The notes beneath the pieces were generated by a model. The model saw only the letters and a program-made list of their open reading frames with translations. It was not told the DNA's origin and did no database searches. A stretch of 57,041 bases of DNA, taken from contig JAGXNO010000022.1 in the NCBI GenBank assembly GCA_019894975.1, forward strand, positions 1 through 57,041. Reading direction: 5' to 3'. The translations under genes and the position numbers were made by a program. The first letter of the stretch is position 1. Each line of letters opens with the position of its first letter. The DNA comes from Promethearchaeota archaeon (lineage in GTDB: Archaea; Asgardarchaeota; Lokiarchaeia; Sigyniarchaeales; SOKP01). This document shows positions 1 through 11,200 of the stretch, one piece after another.

Positions 1-68
1 CTCTTATCCTTATCTGTTCTTATTAAACCGTCTTTGCAGCCGTCTTTACAACCTCTTTTGGATTCCAT
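1..68 (-). CDS. 5' fragment of a CDS running off the window edge (MESKRGCKDGCKDGLIRTDKDK...)
   Basis: ATG at 68 on the minus strand, open to position 1; Cys-containing start, possibly a Zn finger. Confidence 0.4.
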   Translation of the reverse strand, partial: MESKRGCKDGCKDGLIRTDKDK

Positions 69-107
69 TGTCTTTTATATTAGAATTTAAAAATTTTTAA
101 ATTTTTT

Positions 108-314
108 TTAGTTGAAGTAGATCAAAATCGCAATAATTATTATTACTGAGCCATAAATAATCGAAATAATCCCAAATATTATTTTCGTATGTTTTATTTT
201 CTCCAGTCTTATTAAGATTATTTCAGCAACTATAATTAAAGGTAAACCAAGAACTATAAGAATCCCTAAGATTTGAAGAGGTAAATAATAATCATATAGA
301 TTTATGACAAACAT
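108..314 (-). CDS. small two-TM membrane protein
   Basis: 68 aa, two hydrophobic segments joined by a basic loop. Confidence 0.55.
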   Translation of the reverse strand: MFVINLYDYYLPLQILGILIVLGLPLIIVAEIILIRLEKIKHTKIIFGIISIIYGSVIIIIAILIYFN

Positions 315-518
315 ACAAAATGATCATTACCGCTTTATTAACAATATATAATAGCTTAGCTTAAAGTAGTTTTGGTCCAGAAATTATGCGATTGGATTTT
401 AGTATTTATAGAAATTAAAACTATACATATTTCTAAAATCAAAAATTACCAAAATTTTGATTTTCAATATAAAATGAATAACTTTTTAATTATAAATGAA
501 AATATTTTTGAAAACTGA

Positions 519-2009
519 TTGACTTATAATTGTAAGATGAATGTTAATAAAGTTGAGGAGAATATCTACGAGATTCCTCCTAAAACTTTGATGGCGCGAA
601 TTCAAGGGAATATAGAGAAGTTCCAAATGAGAGTTCCTGTTAGAATTTATGCCAACAATTATATTTTGGAGAAGATAAAACAGGATCGCACATTAGATCA
701 AATTTCGAATGTAGCATGTTTACCAGGAATACGAAAATATGCAATTGCGTTATCTGATGCCCACCAAGGATATGGATTTTGTATAGGTGGAGTAGCTGGA
801 ACAGATGCCGAGACAGGGATGATTTCTCCTGGAGGAGTAGGTTATGATATTAATTGTGGGGTAAGATTGTTAAGAACAAATCTAGCTCTCAGTGATATTA
901 CAAATGCACTTCCAAATTTGTTAAATAAAATATTTAGTAATATCCCTTCTGGTTTAGGTTCTAAAGGCAAACTGAATATAAGTTATCCAGATTTAGATGA
1001 TGTTTTAAATCACGGTGTGAACTGGGCTTTAGAAAAAGGATTCGCAGTTGAAGAAGACCTTAAACACTTAGAAGAAAATGGTTGTTTAAAAAATGGTGAC
1101 GCAAGCCTAGTATCCCAAAAAGCAAAACAAAGAGCCATTAAACAACTTGGTTCTTTAGGAAGTGGTAATCATTTTCTTGAAATTCAAAAGGTAGATCAGA
1201 TCTATAATAAAACTGTGGCAGAAAAACTAGGAATAACAGAAAAAAATCAAATTACTGTTATGGTTCATACGGGGAGCAGAGCGTTAGGTCATCAAGTTTG
1301 TACCGATAGTTTGCGAAAAATTGAACAAGCAATGAAACAATACAAAATCAAAGTGCCCGATAGAGAACTGGCTTGTGTACCCGCAGATACACCTGAAGCT
1401 CAAAACTATTTACAGCAGATGGCGTGTGCTGCCAATTTTGGATTTACTAATCGTCAATTAATTACCCATTGGTTAAGAGAATCATTTCAAAATACATTTA
1501 ATAAGGATATTGATGCATTAGACATGCATATGATTTATGGTGTTTGTCATAATATCCTAAAAATAGAAGAACATGAAATAGAGGGTAAAAAGGTGATGTT
1601 AAATGTCCATCGTAAGGGAGCAACTAGAGCATTTCCACCAAATCATCCAGCTTTGCCCCAAGATTATAAGGATATTGGTCAACCGGTTTTAATTCCTGGA
1701 ACCATGGGATCTGCTTCATATTTATGTGTAGGTAAACCAAAAGCTATGGATTTAACTTTTGGTTCTACTGCTCATGGATCTGGTAGAGTAATGTCTAGAT
1801 CAAAAGCTGTTAAAAAATATTGGGGAACCAAAATTCAAGAAGATTTAGGAAAGAGAGGAATATTAGTAAAGAGTGCTTCTATGAAAGTTTTAGCTGAAGA
1901 AAGTCCTGGAGCTTACAAAGATATTGATCAAGTTGTACAAGTAAGTCACGATCTAGGAATTGTTGAAAAAATTGTAAGACTCACTCCAGTAGGGGTTGTT
2001 AAAGGATAA
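519..2009 (+). CDS. rtcB: RNA-splicing ligase RtcB
   Basis: DAHQGYGFCIG, GVGYDINCGVR, LGSGNHFLE, HRKGATRAF, STAHGSGR, EESPGAYKDI motifs. Confidence 0.97.
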   Translation: MTYNCKMNVNKVEENIYEIPPKTLMARIQGNIEKFQMRVPVRIYANNYILEKIKQDRTLDQISNVACLPGIRKYAIALSDAHQGYGFCIGGVAGTDAETGMISPGGVGYDINCGVRLLRTNLALSDITNALPNLLNKIFSNIPSGLGSKGKLNISYPDLDDVLNHGVNWALEKGFAVEEDLKHLEENGCLKNGDASLVSQKAKQRAIKQLGSLGSGNHFLEIQKVDQIYNKTVAEKLGITEKNQITVMVHTGSRALGHQVCTDSLRKIEQAMKQYKIKVPDRELACVPADTPEAQNYLQQMACAANFGFTNRQLITHWLRESFQNTFNKDIDALDMHMIYGVCHNILKIEEHEIEGKKVMLNVHRKGATRAFPPNHPALPQDYKDIGQPVLIPGTMGSASYLCVGKPKAMDLTFGSTAHGSGRVMSRSKAVKKYWGTKIQEDLGKRGILVKSASMKVLAEESPGAYKDIDQVVQVSHDLGIVEKIVRLTPVGVVKG

Positions 2010-2024
2010 AAACTCTAAGATTTT

Positions 2025-2462
2025 CTAAATATCAAATACTATATCAATTTCTACTCTGTTCTTTTTCTCTAAGATCTCCATAAAGCTATACGTGATGGCT
2101 TTCACTTCTGTCCCAATTTCATGCTTATTTCTATTGAATTTTTCCCCGTTAGCTACAGCTTTTAATTTAAACTTGGTATTAGTTTTTTCTATAGTTTCGA
2201 CATTTATTTTATTAAATACTAATTCTTCTACGTCAAAAATATAAAGGAACTCTGATAAGAAATCAAAACATAAGGCGTATTTATCTTCTGACTCAATTTC
2301 AATTAGTTTTTCAATTTCTTGAGAAATCTTACTTAAGTTAGGAGTAATTGTGGTCATTAAACTAAGGGCAGTTTGTGAAAAAGCTTCCTCAAGAGTTCTA
2401 CCCCAGCTTCTAACGCGAACGTCTGCAGTATGATCTTTAAATTCAAATCCCGCTTCCTTCAT
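2025..2462 (-). CDS. archease (RtcB activator)
   Basis: DHTADV N-terminal motif, EVKAITY, C-terminal FDI; adjacent to rtcB. Confidence 0.95.
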   Translation of the reverse strand: MKEAGFEFKDHTADVRVRSWGRTLEEAFSQTALSLMTTITPNLSKISQEIEKLIEIESEDKYALCFDFLSEFLYIFDVEELVFNKINVETIEKTNTKFKLKAVANGEKFNRNKHEIGTEVKAITYSFMEILEKKNRVEIDIVFDI

Positions 2463-2583
2463 TTTTATTTTAAACCTAAAAGTAAAATTTTTCCACTTTA
2501 GTAAGTGTTAATGATTTAAAATTATAACCAATTAGAGGAATTTCTTAGTACTTTAAATTTTTCCTTTAAGAAATTTTATTAAC

Positions 2584-3087
2584 ATGAATTTCTACACCAT
2601 AATTGATGATTTATATTTTTATCAAATGCTATCATTTGTAAGAAAATATTCTAATTTTGAGCTTAAGTTAAGCAAATATTTTTATAATAAAACTAATGGA
2701 GTATTTCCAGAATTTATTGTGGTAATTGACAAATTTATCTTTTTTTTTGTTAGAAAAGATAGGTATTTTACTTCTAAAATCTATTTGGACTCTATTAGAA
2801 GAGAGATTTCACCAAGAAAGGTTTTAATTATAAGAGCTGAGAATGTTTTTATTAATTTACTGTTTAGTTTTTTTCCAGATTTATATATCCATGATATAAA
2901 GATAGAAGTTGATGATACAACAGGAGAAAGAGAAGTTACATTATATTTTTTGAATTATAGGGATAGAGGTATTGCAATTGGAAGAAAAGGAGAGTATATT
3001 AAGTGTTTAAATGATTTATGTCAAAGATATATAATTCTTGAAAATAAAATAACACCGTTAGAAATAAAATGCAAATTCTTAGGTTAA
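2584..3087 (+). CDS. archaeal NusA-like KH-domain protein (degenerate first KH)
   Basis: DRGIAIGRKGEYIK matches the second KH motif of archaeal NusA; length fits. Confidence 0.7.
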   Translation: MNFYTIIDDLYFYQMLSFVRKYSNFELKLSKYFYNKTNGVFPEFIVVIDKFIFFFVRKDRYFTSKIYLDSIRREISPRKVLIIRAENVFINLLFSFFPDLYIHDIKIEVDDTTGEREVTLYFLNYRDRGIAIGRKGEYIKCLNDLCQRYIILENKITPLEIKCKFLG

Positions 3088-3092
3088 CATTT

Positions 3093-3863
3093 CTAGTAAG
3101 GGACAGACTTCAGCCCTACTAAATAGGCAACAGTATTAGCAATAATACTTACTGCCGGTGTTATTATCATTAAAAAAATGAAAATGTGTATATCGGGTAA
3201 TAAAAACACTGAGGGGAAAATGAATCCTGGAATTGCAATAAATAGTGTTGCACCTAAAGCGAAATCTAGTTGATCTATTATCCAAAAAGGTGCTCCACTA
3301 CTGATGTCAAATCGTCTTTTTAAAAAGGAACCAGCTAAATCTCCTAACACAGCCCCATAAGAAGCAAGAACAATTCTTATTAGTAATACTAAGAAATTCA
3401 TAGGTATGGGTCCACCCATAAAATAATATTGAAAGATGTTTATGTCATTATAGAGTATATATTGCCCTTCGCTTGAAGCTTGAATTATTGTTTCTTTTAT
3501 CGGTTCCCAGAGAATTATAAAAAGTAGAAAAACCATAAATGTTAGGGGGATACCAACATATAAGGGTCCTTTTAATCCATTGATAGTTTTATGATCTCCT
3601 AATATCCTCCTTCCATCTCTAAAAAGCTTGCCATTGTCAATTGGACGTCCTCCCCCTGTGAAAACCATTGATGCGTTAGAGAGATAGGCAGGCAATATCA
3701 ATAATAGTGAGAAAATTAACAAACTAACCCAGTCTGCCCATGAAAACAATACCGAAATGACTATGAAATTGACCAGGATTAAACAAGCGAAAAACAGAGC
3801 TAATATAAATGCGATCCTATTATTTCTTTTTTCTGCTTCTTCTAATGTACTTGATTCTTTCAA
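3093..3863 (-). CDS. carS: CDP-archaeol synthase
   Basis: PAYLSNA, PIDNGK..DGRRILGDHKT, GDLAGSFLKRR, DQLDF, GLKSVPY. Confidence 0.93.
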   Translation of the reverse strand: MKESSTLEEAEKRNNRIAFILALFFACLILVNFIVISVLFSWADWVSLLIFSLLLILPAYLSNASMVFTGGGRPIDNGKLFRDGRRILGDHKTINGLKGPLYVGIPLTFMVFLLFIILWEPIKETIIQASSEGQYILYNDINIFQYYFMGGPIPMNFLVLLIRIVLASYGAVLGDLAGSFLKRRFDISSGAPFWIIDQLDFALGATLFIAIPGFIFPSVFLLPDIHIFIFLMIITPAVSIIANTVAYLVGLKSVPY

Positions 3864-4102
3864 AATATTATTCTAACCTATGTAAAAAGACATTATTATC
3901 TAATTTGATAATTATCCAAATTATTGATTAAATTAAATTTTTATGAAGTAATTATTATTAACTAGATCTTAATAAATATTGCTTCCTAAATAATATTCTT
4001 TTAATGTACCGACAATAAATATATAACTTATTGAAAAGGTTATTCAAAATCAAATATTAAAGCTTTAATATTTTCCCGTTAAATTAAAGGTTAATAATTA
4101 AC

Positions 4103-4151
4103 TTTATAAATGCAGTAGAAATATTGTATAATATATTATTTCGAGTGGAAA
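4103..4151 (+). promoter_or_regulatory. cdc6 promoter: TATA box plus two mini-ORB-like boxes
   Basis: TTTATAAA at 4103-4110; TGCAGTAGAAAT at 4111-4122 and TTTCGAGTGGAAA at 4139-4151 resemble the ORB core TTCCAGTGGAAA. Confidence 0.5.
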
Positions 4152-4188
4152 ATAATTCTCCTATTAAAATGAAGAACTGGTGTCATAA

Positions 4189-5496
4189 TTGTTGAAAAAT
4201 CATGATTATAATTATCAATTTAATATTGATAAATTTTACAAAAACTACCTTAAAGGCCCGAAAATTTTCAATAATCGCAATGCCTTAGATCCCTCTTATA
4301 TTCCTGAAATATTACCTCATCGTGATGTTCAGATAAAGGATATAGCTGAAAAGACTGCTTGTGCCTTACTAGGCGATGCACCTCCGAGCTTTTTATGCTA
4401 TGGTCAGACTGGAACAGGAAAAACTGCTACGATAAGATATGTAAGCCAAAAATTAGCACAACAAAATTCGGAGATTAAACCGTGGTGGATTTATATCAAT
4501 TGCAACGTAGTTTCCACACCATATCGTATTTTAGCACATATATATAATACAATTTCAAGAGAAGAGAAAATTCCCCCAACGGGGCTTCCCAAAGATATTA
4601 TTTTCAAGAAATTATTAGGTTTACTTGATTCTAAGGTAAAGGATTCAATATGTTTTCTCGTGTTGGATGAGATAGACATTTTAGTTGATAAAAAAGGTGG
4701 AAATGAAATATTATATGATTTAACCAGATTGAATGAAAATTTAGACAATTGCAAGTCTAGCCTAATAGGGATCTCAAATAAACTGAAGTTTAGAAATAGT
4801 TTAGACCCAAGAATTTTGTCAAGTTTAGGAGAGGAACATATAGTTTTTCATTCTTATGATGCAAGTGAACTTAGAGACATTCTCAATGAAAGAGCGAGAA
4901 TTGCTTTTCATGAACATGTATTGAAGGAAGATCTAATTCCTTTATGTGCGGCAGTCGCAGCAAAGGAACATGGAGATGCTAGAAAAGCATTACAATTGCT
5001 GAGAAAGGCAGGAGAATTAGCTGAAAGGGCTCAAAGCAAGATTGTAACGTCAGAATATGTTGAAAAAGCTCAAGAAGAAATTGAAAGAGACTATATTATG
5101 GAATTCATAAAAGGTCTCCCCCTTCAAGCTCAATTAATATTAACTTCAATCTATTTAATATCAAAATTCAATCCTGATCATATAATTATTTCAGGAGATA
5201 TCTATGATGTTCATTCTGAAATAAGAGGATTGATCCCGGGAATTCGTCAGTTGACAAAACGGAGGATTAGTGATTATATAAATGAGTTGGCATTAGCAGG
5301 TATAATTACAGCGGATGTCAAATCTATGGGGCACTACGGTAGAACAAAAATTATAAAATTTGATATCGGAATAGATATTATTGAAAAAGTCCTATGTGAG
5401 ATTGATAAAATTCAAGGGATCTTAAACCATAAACCTATATTGTTGCAAACAGATAAAGTGAAATTAAAAAATAATATCTTTAAAAAACTAATTTAA
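4189..5496 (+). CDS. cdc6: Orc1/Cdc6 replication initiator
   Basis: LPHRD, Walker A GQTGTGKT, Walker B LVLDEID, HGDARKAL, C-terminal winged helix (GHYGRT). Confidence 0.96.
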   Translation: MLKNHDYNYQFNIDKFYKNYLKGPKIFNNRNALDPSYIPEILPHRDVQIKDIAEKTACALLGDAPPSFLCYGQTGTGKTATIRYVSQKLAQQNSEIKPWWIYINCNVVSTPYRILAHIYNTISREEKIPPTGLPKDIIFKKLLGLLDSKVKDSICFLVLDEIDILVDKKGGNEILYDLTRLNENLDNCKSSLIGISNKLKFRNSLDPRILSSLGEEHIVFHSYDASELRDILNERARIAFHEHVLKEDLIPLCAAVAAKEHGDARKALQLLRKAGELAERAQSKIVTSEYVEKAQEEIERDYIMEFIKGLPLQAQLILTSIYLISKFNPDHIIISGDIYDVHSEIRGLIPGIRQLTKRRISDYINELALAGIITADVKSMGHYGRTKIIKFDIGIDIIEKVLCEIDKIQGILNHKPILLQTDKVKLKNNIFKKLI

Positions 5497-6176
5497 GGAC
5501 TGAACTCCCATTCTTCAACGTCCTTTGCTAACTCTTTAAGGAAGAATTCAGCAGATTGCTCATTTTTCTCTTTTAAAAGCAGAAATAATCTAACTAAATG
5601 CTTACAAAATTGTTTGTTTTTGCTCCTTCGGGTCTCAAAATCATGACAATTGTGTTTTAACAATTTTTTCTTTAGATCAATTTCTATATAATAGGAATTT
5701 TCCTTAGAACCCGCAACTGATGATTTTATCATACCCTTTTCGTTATCAAGCTCTTGTACATCAAAATCTTTATCTGATATATTTACTGCTCTATTCAATG
5801 TGTTTTTATCAGAAAATGATTTCAATATGAGACTAAAACTTGATTTTTCATCATTTTCTATTTTAGTGGTGAGGAGTCTTCTTTTTTTAACTGATTTTAT
5901 ATTCCCTAAAACCGTGTTTTTCCTATCCGCTTGCCAGAGTAACAATCTCTTATTTAGAGTTGTTGAAAGACTTATCATTCCATTCTCATCTTCAATCAAT
6001 AAATTCTCCTTAAGCAAGGTCTTTATAAATGTCGTTGCTCTTTCTGGGGGGAATAGGAATAATTCATATGAAATTTTATATAAAAGATCATCTAAATGGA
6101 TGTAGGGTAAATCAATAATTTTCCAAACATATAATAACAGTTCCGTGTTATCCTGCCGAGGAATTGCGAAATTCAT
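5493..6176 (-). CDS. SWIM zinc-finger protein with a wHTH-like N-terminus
   Basis: GSKENSYYIEID...HNCHDF...FCKH SWIM-like motif. Confidence 0.7.
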   Translation of the reverse strand: MNFAIPRQDNTELLLYVWKIIDLPYIHLDDLLYKISYELFLFPPERATTFIKTLLKENLLIEDENGMISLSTTLNKRLLLWQADRKNTVLGNIKSVKKRRLLTTKIENDEKSSFSLILKSFSDKNTLNRAVNISDKDFDVQELDNEKGMIKSSVAGSKENSYYIEIDLKKKLLKHNCHDFETRRSKNKQFCKHLVRLFLLLKEKNEQSAEFFLKELAKDVEEWEFSP

Positions 6177-6213
6177 AAGTTTAAGTTTTTCATATTTATT
6201 TAAAATTAAATTA

Positions 6214-8007
6214 TTAAATATTGTTCTTTAAATCTAATTGAGTTCCTCTTAACGAATCTAAATCAACAATAGCTACAATTCCTGGTGTAGGGTGAATCCC
6301 TAAAGATTTCATAAAATCTGTTTGGCTTTGAAAACAACCCGAATTAACCAATACAACGTTGTTGTAAGTGCTCAAATCATTGATATGGATATGACCTGTG
6401 TGAAAAATATCCGGTATTTTATCAATTACGAGCCAATCCTTACGTGTGGGCGCAATTTGTGTTTTCTTTCCGTATATTGGAGCTAAATGCCTACATTTCA
6501 AGAATTCTTTCATAGTTTCAGCAGATTTTGTATTTTCCATTCCGGGGATTAACATATTCAAGTCGAGAAGACTATCACCGTGAAAAACTAATGTATTGAC
6601 ACCATGAGTTTTAATAAGAGAAGGATTACCAATACAATTTACTCCGATATCAAGAAGTTCTTTTGAATATTTTTTAGGTACAGCGGGTCTAGGGATAGCA
6701 TTTCTAACTGGCTCGTGGTTTCCAGAGCTATAAAAGATTTTAATATATTCAGGAATTTCAGCAAGCAGTTTTGCTGCTTTGCTATACTGATTATAAATAT
6801 CAGAAATAAGGAGATCGTTTTCTTGTGATGGGTAAATTCCAATTCCATCAACTAAATCTCCATTGATTACCATGTATTTAATTCTACCAGCTCTATCTCT
6901 TTGAGACTTATTCCCTACTTTTCCGTTTAAAAAATCTGTGAATCGATTCCATAGATTAGCTTCAAATTCTTTACTGCCAATATGTGTATCCGAAATTAAG
7001 ACAATGGATAATGGATCGTTTGATTTATTTGGTTCAAAATCTTTTGGAATATCAATTTGTGAAATGTAGTTCCCATAAATTATCCCAGTTTTACCTTTAT
7101 CTCCTGGGTTGTAAGTACCTTCTATGTAAAGCATCTGATCATTAAGAGTTCTTTGGGCAATTTTTACATTATCTTGATTTTCTGTGTCTTTTCTAATTAT
7201 TACATTAACTAGCCCCGTTAGATCCTCCAAAGTAATGAAGTAAAATCCATTTTTTGTTACTCGGATTTCGTTTACAAGGCCAATTACGGATACTTCTACC
7301 CTATTGGATAGTCTTAATATATTATTGATGTTATCAGCATTGTGTACTTCTGTCCTTTTTCTCATTAAATTCCTAAGTTTATTGAATTTATCAAAGGTTA
7401 GGTCATAAAAATCCTTGTAATTTCCGTTGGTATACAATTTTCCAGTAGGATCTTTAAGAATTTCAAATTGGGAATTATAATCCTTTGCCACTGGTTTAAA
7501 TGCAAGCGGAGAATTAGTACCTCCTAATAATTTTATCTTAGGTCTTTTATTTATTTCAATGATAGTGGCACTACTACTATATTCCCTGGAGGGAGAAGTT
7601 ACTGCATTAATAGGATTGTTGTTAAGTCGTTTGGGAGTTATTTCATTATTCTCAGTATAATTTGATCCAAAAGGTTTGTTACTAACTCTTTCAGAGAGCT
7701 CATTTTGAGGTTTATCAAATTCTAATTTTACATCTAACTCCTCTTTCCCAGAAGATATTTCCTGTTTAAGTAATTTTCTCTTCATTATTCTCTTTATTTC
7801 TTCATTGGATGTTTTGTTTAAGATGTTTTCGGTTAAATGGCTCTTGAAACTTGGGATAAAGCTTGAGTCTTTAATGATGAGATTAATTTTATTTAAAGGA
7901 TCTTCTAAATCTACTATGATGTCTAAAAGAGAAGGAGTTATATTTATGCCAGAATTCACTAGTTTTTTTACAATGATTTTTTTTATCTCTATATTTTCAG
8001 TTTTCAC
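6214..8007 (-). CDS. polB: DNA polymerase D small subunit DP1 (proofreading exonuclease)
   Basis: OB fold (LEDLTG); SDTHIGS, GDLVDGIGIYP, GNHE, RHLAP, HTGHIH phosphoesterase motifs. Confidence 0.96.
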   Translation of the reverse strand: MKTENIEIKKIIVKKLVNSGINITPSLLDIIVDLEDPLNKINLIIKDSSFIPSFKSHLTENILNKTSNEEIKRIMKRKLLKQEISSGKEELDVKLEFDKPQNELSERVSNKPFGSNYTENNEITPKRLNNNPINAVTSPSREYSSSATIIEINKRPKIKLLGGTNSPLAFKPVAKDYNSQFEILKDPTGKLYTNGNYKDFYDLTFDKFNKLRNLMRKRTEVHNADNINNILRLSNRVEVSVIGLVNEIRVTKNGFYFITLEDLTGLVNVIIRKDTENQDNVKIAQRTLNDQMLYIEGTYNPGDKGKTGIIYGNYISQIDIPKDFEPNKSNDPLSIVLISDTHIGSKEFEANLWNRFTDFLNGKVGNKSQRDRAGRIKYMVINGDLVDGIGIYPSQENDLLISDIYNQYSKAAKLLAEIPEYIKIFYSSGNHEPVRNAIPRPAVPKKYSKELLDIGVNCIGNPSLIKTHGVNTLVFHGDSLLDLNMLIPGMENTKSAETMKEFLKCRHLAPIYGKKTQIAPTRKDWLVIDKIPDIFHTGHIHINDLSTYNNVVLVNSGCFQSQTDFMKSLGIHPTPGIVAIVDLDSLRGTQLDLKNNI

Positions 8008-8250
8008 GGGTTCCCCATTCCAAGGTTGAATTAAATTAATTATTGCATGACAAAATTAAAGCCTTTTTTATTAAAGGAAAAACATTATTTATTTTTATTT
8101 CAATGGAGTGTTATAAATTAACGTTCTCATCCCCTTTTTAAATGAAATAGCTGATTAATAAATGAATTTAATTTGTATTAGGAAATATCAATAATAATAT
8201 CTATAAATCGATCCTCATCATATATATAAAATTTTTAGAATGGGTACATT

Positions 8251-11200
8251 ATGGCTGAAATGAGTAAGGAAATAGAAGAATATTTCACTTCAATTCAAAA
8301 TCAGGTAGATTGCTGTTATTCGATTGCAGAGGAAGCACGCAGCAAGGGATATGATCCAGAAAAATATGTAGAATGTCCACAAGCAAAAGATTTAGCAGGA
8401 AGGGTTGAAAAATTAGTTGGTCCAGAAGGTATTGCTGAAGAAATAAGAGAGCTAAAAAAAAGTGGATTAAATGATGATGAAATTGTTTTTAAAATAGTTA
8501 CGAATATATTAGATAAAAAAATTGGAAATATAGATTCTCTAGAAGAACGTGTAGAGAGAGCAATAAGAGCAGGATTAGCTATAAAGACAATGGGTGTAGT
8601 AAGTGCTCCACTTGAAGGAATTTCCAAAATTCAAATTCGAACAGATCAATCTGGTGGAAAATATCTATCCTTATATTTTGCAGGTCCAATACGAGCTGCA
8701 GGGGGAACAACTGCGGCACTATGTGTACTTATTGCAGATTTCGTTAGGAAGAAATCAAACATACCAAAATATGAAGCCACTGAAGCAGAAATAGGAAGAT
8801 ATGTGGAGGAGGTAAAGCTCTATGATAGAAATGTCCATTTACAATATCCATCTTCAAATCGGGAGATAAGATACGCTGTTAAAAATCTGCCAATAGAAAT
8901 TAATGGTGATGCAACTGAGGTTGAACAAGTATCTGCTTTTAGGGATTTACCTAGAATTGAAACAAATAATATTAGGGGGGGAGCTTGCCTTGTTTTGAAT
9001 GATGGCATCTTATTAAAAGCCCCAAAACTGTTGAAAATTGCTAAATCTATGAAATTAGAAGGCTGGGATTGGTTAGATGATCTGAAAAAAATAGGTCAAA
9101 AAGAAGAATCAAAAATAAAAAGTGAAAAGGATATATTAGTTTCTCCTAATTTTAAATATGTTGCAGATATTATAGCTGGAAGACCTGTTTTTAGTCACCC
9201 CTCAGAGATTGGAGGTCATAGAATAAGATATGGACGATCTCGGAATACTGGATTAGCCGCGGGAGGTATTCATCCCGCAACAATGGGAATCTTAGATGAT
9301 TTTGCGGCTATTGGTACGCAACTTAGAATTGAAAGACCGGGTAAGAGTACTAGCATTTGTCCTGTCAGTTCTATTGAGCCTCCCATTATAAAGTTAAAAA
9401 ATGGAGATGTTATCAGGGTTACCTCATATAATTTGGCTAGAAAAGTATTTCCAAACATTGACGAAATTCTATTCTTAGGAGATATTCTCTTTGGTTTCGG
9501 AGAATTTGCTGAGAATAATCATATATTAATGCCCTCTGGATATGTTGAAGAATGGTGGGCATTGGAATTAAAAAATGCCCTAAAAGATAAAGAAATCAAT
9601 GATTCCAGATTATTAGAATTGATAAAAGATCCTTTTACTTTTAAACCAACAGCTGAAGAAGCTATTAGATTATCGAAAGAGTTTCAAATTCCCTTGCATC
9701 CATCTTTCACAGACTTCTGGGGGAATATTTCAGTTGAGGAACTCTCTATCTTAAGAAATGCGTTTATCAAAGGATTTTCTACAGAGAAAAAAAAAATTGT
9801 TCTAAACAAAGATGAAGATATTAAAACTATATTAGAAAAAGCGTTTATTATCCATAAAATAAGGGAGGAACGGATAGTATTCAGTAAAAATATGAATCTT
9901 ATCTACTCTGAGATATTTCGGCTTGAAGATAAAAAAGAAGTAAATTATGAAAGGGAAGAGGATATTTTTTCATTTTTTAATAAAATTTCTTCAATAGACA
10001 TTAAGAATAAAGCCCCCCATTTCATAGGATCTAGAATGGGAAGACCCGAAAAATCTGAAAGAAAAAGCATGAAGGGTGTTCATACACTTTTTCCTTTAAG
10101 TGATAAAGTAGGAAGCTCAAGGGAAGTAGAAAAGGCACTCGAACTCCAGAAAATTAGGATTGATGTGTGTAGAAAAAAGTGTCCAAAATGTGATACCATA
10201 AGTATATTCAATATTTGCCCTAAATGTTCTACCCATACAGAATTAGGATCAATTTGTGAGAAATGTAAGAAATTTTTTCGACCGAGTGAACATAAAAGTG
10301 GGGATAGATGTCCTCATTGTAATGGTCGGGTGAAAGCTTCTGATGAGGCAATTTTTAATCTTAAGAATCACCTAAACTCAATTTTGAAATCCTTACAGAT
10401 ACCCCTTCCAAAGAAATTAAAGGGTATTTATGGTTTGACAAATCAATTTAAAGTTCCTGAACCTTTAGAAAAAGGAATTTTAAGAGCTAAAAACAATGTA
10501 TTAGTTTATAAGACTGCTGAGATAAGATACGATGCTACTGATATTCCTTTATCACATTTTAAACCAGAAGAAATTGGAACTTCTATTAAAGATCTTAAGG
10601 ATTTAGGATATCAACATGATTATAAAGGAGAACCTTTACAAACTGAAGATCAGATTATTGAGCTAAAAGTTCAGGATGTTATACTCTCAGATGACTGTGG
10701 TCAATATTTTATTAAAGTTTCAAATTTTTTAGACGATGAGTTGGAGTATTTCTACGGAATGAATCGCTTTTATAACATTGATGATTCAAAAGACTTAATT
10801 GGCCATCTTGCAGTAGGATTAGCACCACATACTAGCGCGGGAATAATTGGAAGAATAATTGGGTTCTCTCCAGCTAGATCTATTTATGCTCACCCTTTCT
10901 GGCATAGCGCAAAAAGAAGAAACTGTGATGGAGATGAGGATGGAATAATGTTATTACTAGATCCTTTATTAAATTTTTCAAGACATTATTTACCAAATAA
11001 AATTGGTGGGAGGATGGATGCTACATTAGTTATTGGTACTTTATTAGATCCTAATGAAATTGAACCAGAAGCGCATAATGTTGACACTCTATTTCAGTAT
11101 CCCTTAGAATTCTATAAGGCCACTGAAAAGTATACTACTCCATCAAAAATAGAAAAAATGATGAGTTTAGTTAGAAGTCATTTAGGTACAGTAGATCAAT

